Shown here one piece after another: positions 12,142 to 17,594 of a stretch of DNA of 17,594 nt (the stretch's first letter is position 1; each line of letters starts with the position of its first letter). A program made the position numbers and the translations under genes. The notes under the pieces were generated by a model, which did not search any database, had not been told where the DNA came from, and worked only from the letters and a program-made list of their open reading frames with translations. Source of the stretch: a virus; UHGV virus genome UHGV-2017536; one strand, written 5' to 3'.

Positions 12142-15114
12142 TTGAAAGCAGATGGAAATATTGTTATTGATACAAAAATCAATTCAGATGGGATGCAGCG
12201 TGGTATATCAGAAATTAAAGGCTCCATGACAAAGCTGGGTGGCATAGTGAAAGGCATCGGTAAGGCCATTATTACCGCTTTTGCGATAAAGCAGATTGTG
12301 CAGTTCGGTAAAGAATGTTTGGAACTGGGGTCCGATTTGGCAGAGGTACAAAACGTTGTAGATGTGACTTTTCCTAGCATGACAAAACAGGTGGATGATT
12401 TCGCAAAGGCGGCGGCAGATTCCTTTGGGCTTTCTGAGACGATGGCAAAAAAATATGTCGGTACATTTGGAGCAATGTCTAAATCCTTCGGCTATTCAGA
12501 AAGCGCGGCCTATGATATGGCTACAGCATTAACTGGGTTAACAGGTGATGTCGCAAGTTTCTATAATTTGTCGCAGGAAGAAGCATATACAAAATTGAAA
12601 TCCGTGTTTACGGGGGAGACGGAATCGCTTAAGGAATTAGGCGTTGTCATGACACAAAGTGCATTAGACCAATATGCCCTTGCAAATGGTTTTGGAAAAA
12701 CCACCAATAAAATGACGGAGCAGGAAAAGGTTGCCTTACGCCTACAATTTGTACAGAACCAGCTTTCAGCGGCAAGCGGTGATTTTGCCCGTACATCGGA
12801 TTCATGGGCCAATCAGGTAAGGATTTTTCAGTTAAGGTTACAGTCTTTAAAGGCTACGATTGGACAAGGGCTTATAAACCTGTTCACGCCTATTATAAAG
12901 GCAATAAATGTATTCCTTGAACGGTTGTCAACAGCAACCACGGCATTTAAAAATTTTACAGAAACGGTAATGGGTAAGAAGTCTGTAAATAGCGGAGCTG
13001 CACAAGCGGCTGGTGAAATGGCAGAGGTACAGGCTGGATATGAGGGCGCGGCTGATGGTGCGGAGGACTTTGCAGATGGAGTAAAAGACGCGGGAAAACA
13101 GGTAAAGAAATCATTGGCACCCTTTGATAATTTGATACAGATTCAGCGTGATGCAGAGGAAGGTTCAGAAAATACGGGAGATAGCAGTATAATGCCACCG
13201 GGATTGTCTCCTGATGAACAGCAGACAGAATCACCGTTTTTAAAGAATGTCATGGAAACCCTGGAGGCAATCAAACAAAGGCTGATTGAGATAGGGGGAA
13301 TCTTTCAATCCGGGTTCTGGCAAGGTCTGGGGGATTATAAGCCTGTCCTGGATTCAATAAAAACAAACATAGCAAGCATTGGCAATAGTCTGAAAGATAT
13401 TTTTACGGACCAGGGCGTTATGTCGGCCTTTAATACCATGTTGGATACCATTTCCTACAACTTGGGAAGAACTGCCGGGTCGTTTGCCAGTGTTGGACTG
13501 ACAATAGCTGATAATCTGACTGGAGGAATAGCATTATATCTTGAAAGTGCAAAGGACAGAATCAAGGGTTATCTGATAAGTATGTTTGATATCACATCAG
13601 AAATCAGTACCATAGGCGCCGATTTTGCGGTGGCTGTAGCGGATATTTTTTCAGTATTTAGAAGCGATACGGCAAAGCAAATCACGGCTGATATTATAGC
13701 AATCTTTGCAGATATATTCATGGGGATTACAGAACTGTCAGCAAAGTTGTTCAGGGATGTGTTGGACACGATTCTTACCCCATTTGTAGAGAACAAAGAT
13801 AAGATAAAAGAAGCCCTTACAAATACGATGGAGCCAATAAAAACCGTCCTTGATTCTATTTCACAGGGCATAACTGAGACATTCGAGAATTTAAACAAGA
13901 TGTATGACGAGCATATTGCTCCGCTGTTTGAATCTATTAAGAATGGGCTGTCTGAAATCCTGGGGAATCTGCTGGATGGTTATAACAAGTACATTGCCCC
14001 AACCCTTCAAAAACTGGCAGATAAATTCTCAGAAGTATATGAAGGTACGATACAGCCGCTTATTAATAAAATTATTGAGCTGATAGGGAAAGTTGCAGAT
14101 TTAATCAAGGTAATATGGGATGAATATTTAAAGCCTTTACTTAGTTGGATATCTTCCAACATACTGCCCGTTGTTGCCCCTATACTGGAGACAATAGGCA
14201 CGTACCTGCTTAACCTGATTGACACGGCGGCATCTGTTTTGGATGGGCTGATAACGGCCTTTTCTGGAATTATAGATTTTCTGACAGGTGTATTTTCTGG
14301 AGATTGGGAAAAAGCATGGGAAGGTATCAAGGAAATATTTGGAGGCGTTATTGATGCCATTATGGGCCTTGTGGAAGGTCTGATAACGTCACTAGGCGAT
14401 TTTATTAGTGGAGGGCTAGAAAGTATTGGCGCAATCATAGAAACGGCGCTAAACGGCCTTTTAGGGGCGGTAGAGGAAGCATGGAAGCGTATTTCCAGTA
14501 CCGTCAAGGGATTATGGGATGCTTTAAAGGGGGATGCACAGAATATATTTGAAGGAATCGGACAGGAGATAGAATCAGTGTGGGATTCTGTAATGAATAA
14601 GACTACTGAAATATGGAACAGTATTGTGACGGTAATAAAGAATACGATAGCGAAGATTGTTTCAGGTATCGAGGGCATGGTAAATTCGGTGATATCCGGG
14701 ATAAACAAAATTATTGAGGCAATCAATAGGGTAATGGATAAGGTGGGAATTGCAATCCCTACCATCCCTAATTTGAACCTATCAGGCAAAACCAGTTATC
14801 CGGCCTCTGCCTATGCAGCAGTACCATTTAGAATGCCAATGCTTGCAACTGGTACAGTAGTGCCACCACGGGCCGGAATGTTTGCGGCTATCCTGGGAGA
14901 CAACAACCGTGAAACAGAAGTGGTATCCCCGCTATCAACTATGAAGCAAGCCCTTAAAGAAGCACTGGCAGAAAGCAATATATCCAGCGGAAACCAAATT
15001 GCTAAAGCAGAGCTAATACTTGATGGCACAAAATTTGGTCAGCTTGTGGTTAAGTTCGGGAACAACGAAAAGAATCGTGTTGGTGTAAGAATGGTAACGG
15101 AAGGAAGTGTATAA
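12142..15114 (+). CDS. Phage tail tape measure protein, TP901-family core (990 aa, TTG start).
   Basis: The N-terminal third matches the TP901 tape-measure core (LAEVQNVVDVTFPSMTKQVDDFAKAAADSFGLSETMAKKYVGTFGAMSKSFGYSE...LTGDVASFYNLSQEEAYTKLKSVFTGETESLKELGVVMTQSALDQYA). The remainder is long, Ala/Ile/Leu-rich and helical. RBS GAGGAA. No peptidase or lysozyme domain is evident. Confidence 0.85.
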   Translation: MKADGNIVIDTKINSDGMQRGISEIKGSMTKLGGIVKGIGKAIITAFAIKQIVQFGKECLELGSDLAEVQNVVDVTFPSMTKQVDDFAKAAADSFGLSETMAKKYVGTFGAMSKSFGYSESAAYDMATALTGLTGDVASFYNLSQEEAYTKLKSVFTGETESLKELGVVMTQSALDQYALANGFGKTTNKMTEQEKVALRLQFVQNQLSAASGDFARTSDSWANQVRIFQLRLQSLKATIGQGLINLFTPIIKAINVFLERLSTATTAFKNFTETVMGKKSVNSGAAQAAGEMAEVQAGYEGAADGAEDFADGVKDAGKQVKKSLAPFDNLIQIQRDAEEGSENTGDSSIMPPGLSPDEQQTESPFLKNVMETLEAIKQRLIEIGGIFQSGFWQGLGDYKPVLDSIKTNIASIGNSLKDIFTDQGVMSAFNTMLDTISYNLGRTAGSFASVGLTIADNLTGGIALYLESAKDRIKGYLISMFDITSEISTIGADFAVAVADIFSVFRSDTAKQITADIIAIFADIFMGITELSAKLFRDVLDTILTPFVENKDKIKEALTNTMEPIKTVLDSISQGITETFENLNKMYDEHIAPLFESIKNGLSEILGNLLDGYNKYIAPTLQKLADKFSEVYEGTIQPLINKIIELIGKVADLIKVIWDEYLKPLLSWISSNILPVVAPILETIGTYLLNLIDTAASVLDGLITAFSGIIDFLTGVFSGDWEKAWEGIKEIFGGVIDAIMGLVEGLITSLGDFISGGLESIGAIIETALNGLLGAVEEAWKRISSTVKGLWDALKGDAQNIFEGIGQEIESVWDSVMNKTTEIWNSIVTVIKNTIAKIVSGIEGMVNSVISGINKIIEAINRVMDKVGIAIPTIPNLNLSGKTSYPASAYAAVPFRMPMLATGTVVPPRAGMFAAILGDNNRETEVVSPLSTMKQALKEALAESNISSGNQIAKAELILDGTKFGQLVVKFGNNEKNRVGVRMVTEGSV

Positions 15115-15199
15115 ATAATCCCGCTGTCGTTTTTAAATGGGTGATGGCAGCGGGAAAGTCACATTGCTTTTATTATATCAGAAGGATGGTGTATAAGCA

Positions 15200-15535
15200 A
15201 TGAGGATAAGGGACAAGAGCTTAAGCGATTACGGAATAGATTGCAGCCGGGCGGCTGAATTAGTGGAACTTGCCAGACTGGAAGAAAATAAAGGCTTAAT
15301 ATGCAAGGCGGCTGATTTAAGTAATCCAGGGCTATCTACATTTATTATTGAATCTCTCACACAAAAAAGGGGGTATGACCGTATTTATATTAAATCATAT
15401 ATTCCCGCTAAACGTGATGATTTTTACGCATATCGCAGAAAGACATTAGCATTGTTTAGTCTGCTGCTGGAAGGGAAAGCGCCTATAATACCGAGGGATA
15501 GGAGGATACGGAGAAATTCCCGCATAGTTAGTTAA
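15200..15535 (+). CDS. Hypothetical 111-aa protein, basic C-terminus.
   Basis: RBS AAGGATGG. It is preceded by the hairpin CCCGCTG...CAGCGGG at 15119-15153. Confidence 0.45.
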   Translation: MRIRDKSLSDYGIDCSRAAELVELARLEENKGLICKAADLSNPGLSTFIIESLTQKRGYDRIYIKSYIPAKRDDFYAYRRKTLALFSLLLEGKAPIIPRDRRIRRNSRIVS

Positions 15536-15698
15536 AATAGAAGGAAAGGGCATTCTGGTTCGTTGTATAGGGTAATTCTTATATTATGAATGGATGCTGT
15601 AATAGGCTTATCGGTGTTGGCAGGGGGTCACTCAATGGGAATACCTTATTATGTGCGGATAAGAGAGAAAACTATATAGCAAAATTCGAGGTGATAAC

Positions 15699-15965
15699 AT
15701 GCAAAATAATTTGATAAAGGCCGGGAAAACAGTACAATATTTTACTATACTGGCAACAGTCACCCGCCTGGAAGAACAAGATAAATATGAGGGTATGTTG
15801 CTGCTGAGACAGAAAGGAAAGGAGCGCGCAAGGTATGAAGCAAGCGATATTCGAGTACTGTCAAAGAGTAAAGAAACGGTATATAAGCAATTGCGACAAA
15901 TTGCAGAGTTGTACCCACCAAAAGAGGATATACATATTTTAGACCTGGAGGAAAACAAGGCATGA
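15699..15965 (+). CDS. Hypothetical 88-aa protein.
   Basis: RBS GAGGTGA 5 nt upstream. Its stop overlaps the next start (ATGA). Confidence 0.5.
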   Translation: MQNNLIKAGKTVQYFTILATVTRLEEQDKYEGMLLLRQKGKERARYEASDIRVLSKSKETVYKQLRQIAELYPPKEDIHILDLEENKA

Positions 15966-16183
15966 ATAACATTGCAGAGAGGTATCGACTCGCCCATCTT
16001 ATGAAACAACAGGAGGCGGGAGTAAAGAAGAAATTACGATGGAATACCCCGGCAGAGGTACGGCGCTCACTGGCCCGCGTCAATAATTGGGTCGTCAATG
16101 GAGAAATAACGGCAAAGGAGGCGAATGCTATATTCTATTCGGCTAATCTTATTCTTAAAGCATTAGAGCAAGAAAAACAGTGA
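15962..16183 (+). CDS. Hypothetical 73-aa protein.
   Basis: Translationally coupled to the previous ORF. Confidence 0.45.
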   Translation: MNNIAERYRLAHLMKQQEAGVKKKLRWNTPAEVRRSLARVNNWVVNGEITAKEANAIFYSANLILKALEQEKQ

Positions 16184-16440
16184 TATCACCAACTTATCGT
16201 AACGTGTCGGTGGGACAGGCACGTTAGAATTACTCTTGTCGCTGGGTTATGCAAAGCTGATTAAGATAATGGTACTGGCCTGGGGCGGTGAAATACCGGG
16301 TCAGTATTTTTCTACCCCAGGACAATCAGATAATGCTTTATGATATCATAGTTTGAAACTGCGCAAAAGTGCGCACAAAAAAAGAATAGACTAAACTAAA
16401 CGCTATCCCTCTGCCGGTATCAACTATAGGCACATATACG

Positions 16441-16506
16441 TTGACGAATGCACAAAATGCACTAAAATGCATACAAAAAAAGCCCAGGTCAAAAATGAGG
16501 TATAAT
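16441..16506 (+). promoter_or_regulatory. Promoter-like elements TTGACG-17-TAAAAT (16441-16468) and TATAAT (16501-16506), upstream of the antirepressor remnant. They sit inside a highly structured 390-bp intergenic region.
   Basis: Hexamers read from the sequence. The flanking IRs are TAACGTG..CACGTTA (16199-16225), CCTGGGG-29 nt-CCCCAGG (16280-16325) and GCGCA-aaag-TGCGC (16360-16373). Confidence 0.4.
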
Positions 16507-16577
16507 TTTATGACAATCCGAGGGGGCAGTGAAACAGTCCTACCTTAGATGAGTGTGAGTCAAGGGGGCTAGAGTAG

Positions 16578-17594
16578 GTGGAAAACGATTTGTTAGGCCT
16601 GGACAATACTGGAATGAGTTAGGACAGTAGAGACTGAGAATGAGGTTTACTTCGTTGGAAAGGATATAGCTGGCATCCTCGGGTACCAAAACGGTAGTCG
16701 AGATATTAACCGCCATGTAGACGAAGATGACAGGCGCAAAGTTATGTTTTTTGACGGGAATCAGGATAAGGAAACTATTATCATTAACGAATCCGGGCTT
16801 TATTCCCTGGTGCTTTCTAGTAAGTTGCCAAATGCGAAAAAATTTAAGCGTTGGGTAACAAGTGAAGTCCTCCCCTCTATCCGCAAAAATGGTGGCTATA
16901 TCTCCGGGCATACCTGACGGATTTCACGGCCGAAAATTCGGCAGCCAAAAAATACTTTTTTCCCAAAATGGAATAAAGAGGCAAGTAAGAGAGTTACATG
17001 ATGGACTGGAAATCAAGAGCAACTTCACGACATGGTTTGACCGTATGTGTGAGAATGGTTTAACTGAAAACGATTATACGGTTATGTGGAGCGATTCCAA
17101 AAATGGAAACGCTGTAGAGTTTGAGAAAATGCGGATTACATATTGGTTACTCAAAAAAAAGAAACCAATAATCCAAAGAATCCGGTGACGGAATTTACTG
17201 ACTATCAGATTTCAGTAGACATGGCAAAACAGATTTGCATGAGGGATTGGAGATTAGAACTGAATTCGCAAAGTGGTTTTCAAGGATGTGTAAGTACGGT
17301 TTTTTCAATAAAATGGACTATTTTAGAGGTTATCGTCAAAAATGACAAAAACTCAAAAGGCGGTAGGCAGCAACAGATTTATATGATTTACTTTGGAAGT
17401 GATGAAATGACCAGCGTACTTACACCTCCGGAGGTTCAAAACAACGGCGGTGTGCAGATTAGAGAGCTTCAAGACTATATTGTTTCTGTTGACACAGCAA
17501 AGCATATCTGCCTTATTAGCCGCACAGAAAAAGGCAAGCAATGGTCAGACCATTGACATGCTGAAGGGCGAAAACACCGTTCTTCTGGAGGATG
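16578..17594 (+). pseudogene. Bro-N-domain phage antirepressor, disrupted. The reading frame changes at least four times and runs off the window.
   Basis: GTG at 16578 with AAGGGGG upstream gives VENDLLGLDNTG, matching NELQVFNFEGNS. After a 1-nt shift near 16614, frame 1 gives VRTVETENEVYFVGKDIAGILGY...IIINESGLYSLVLSSKLPNAKKFKRWVTSEVLPSIRKNGGY, a canonical Bro-N domain. Downstream, the C-terminal motifs HDGLEIKSNFTTWFDRMC / HEGLEIRTEFAKWFSRMC and DYQISVDMAKQIC / DYIVSVDTAKHIC...EKGKQW lie in frames 2, 1, 3 and 1. Confidence 0.55.

Noticed and set aside
14007-14789. 260-aa ORF on the minus strand
   Set aside because: It lies entirely antisense to the well-supported tape measure gene, is low-complexity (Ser/Ile/Pro-rich) and has no RBS. 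It is a typical shadow ORF.
12142-15114. Embedded lytic domain (lysozyme or peptidase) in the tape measure
   Set aside because: No peptidase M23, lytic transglycosylase or lysozyme motifs are seen. The sequence after the TP901 core is uniformly helical Ala/Ile/Leu/Gly-rich tape-measure-like repeat material.

Overview
This window looks like a temperate-phage-derived mobile element from a low-GC Firmicutes-type genome (Shine-Dalgarno sites, TTGACA/TATAAT promoters). The core (5.5-10.6 kb) is a textbook lysogeny and replication module. An attP-like site carries arm-type direct repeats on both sides of a core that is the 3' end (about 35 nt) of a tRNA. Next come a tyrosine integrase on the minus strand, a cI-like XRE repressor on the minus strand, and a divergent switch region with three operators and near-consensus PR/PRM promoters. 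These are followed by a cro-like gene, an Xis-like HTH protein, a phage replisome organiser and a DnaB-family helicase. The expected packaging and head genes are missing. After a few tiny ORFs the sequence runs straight into a tail assembly chaperone and a 990-aa TP901-type tape measure protein. Beyond these lie three small unknown genes and a Bro-N antirepressor that is split across alternating reading frames, apparently by frameshifts. The left 5.5 kb, upstream of attP, is an accessory or moron region. It holds a small HTH gene, a dinJ-yafQ toxin-antitoxin pair and an XRE-Uma2 nuclease operon. It also holds two regulator-plus-cargo cassettes with paralogous promoter-leader sequences, and a three-gene operon of an RHH regulator, a 163-aa unknown and a 238-aa protein with a degenerate ParB-like domain. 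No rRNA, CRISPR array or complete tRNA is present. The points most worth a second look are the apparently intact attP, the orphan TAC-TMP pair without head or packaging genes (possibly a satellite or a defective phage), the conserved leaders, the direct repeat bracketing the immunity module, and the RHH/163-aa/ParB-like operon.
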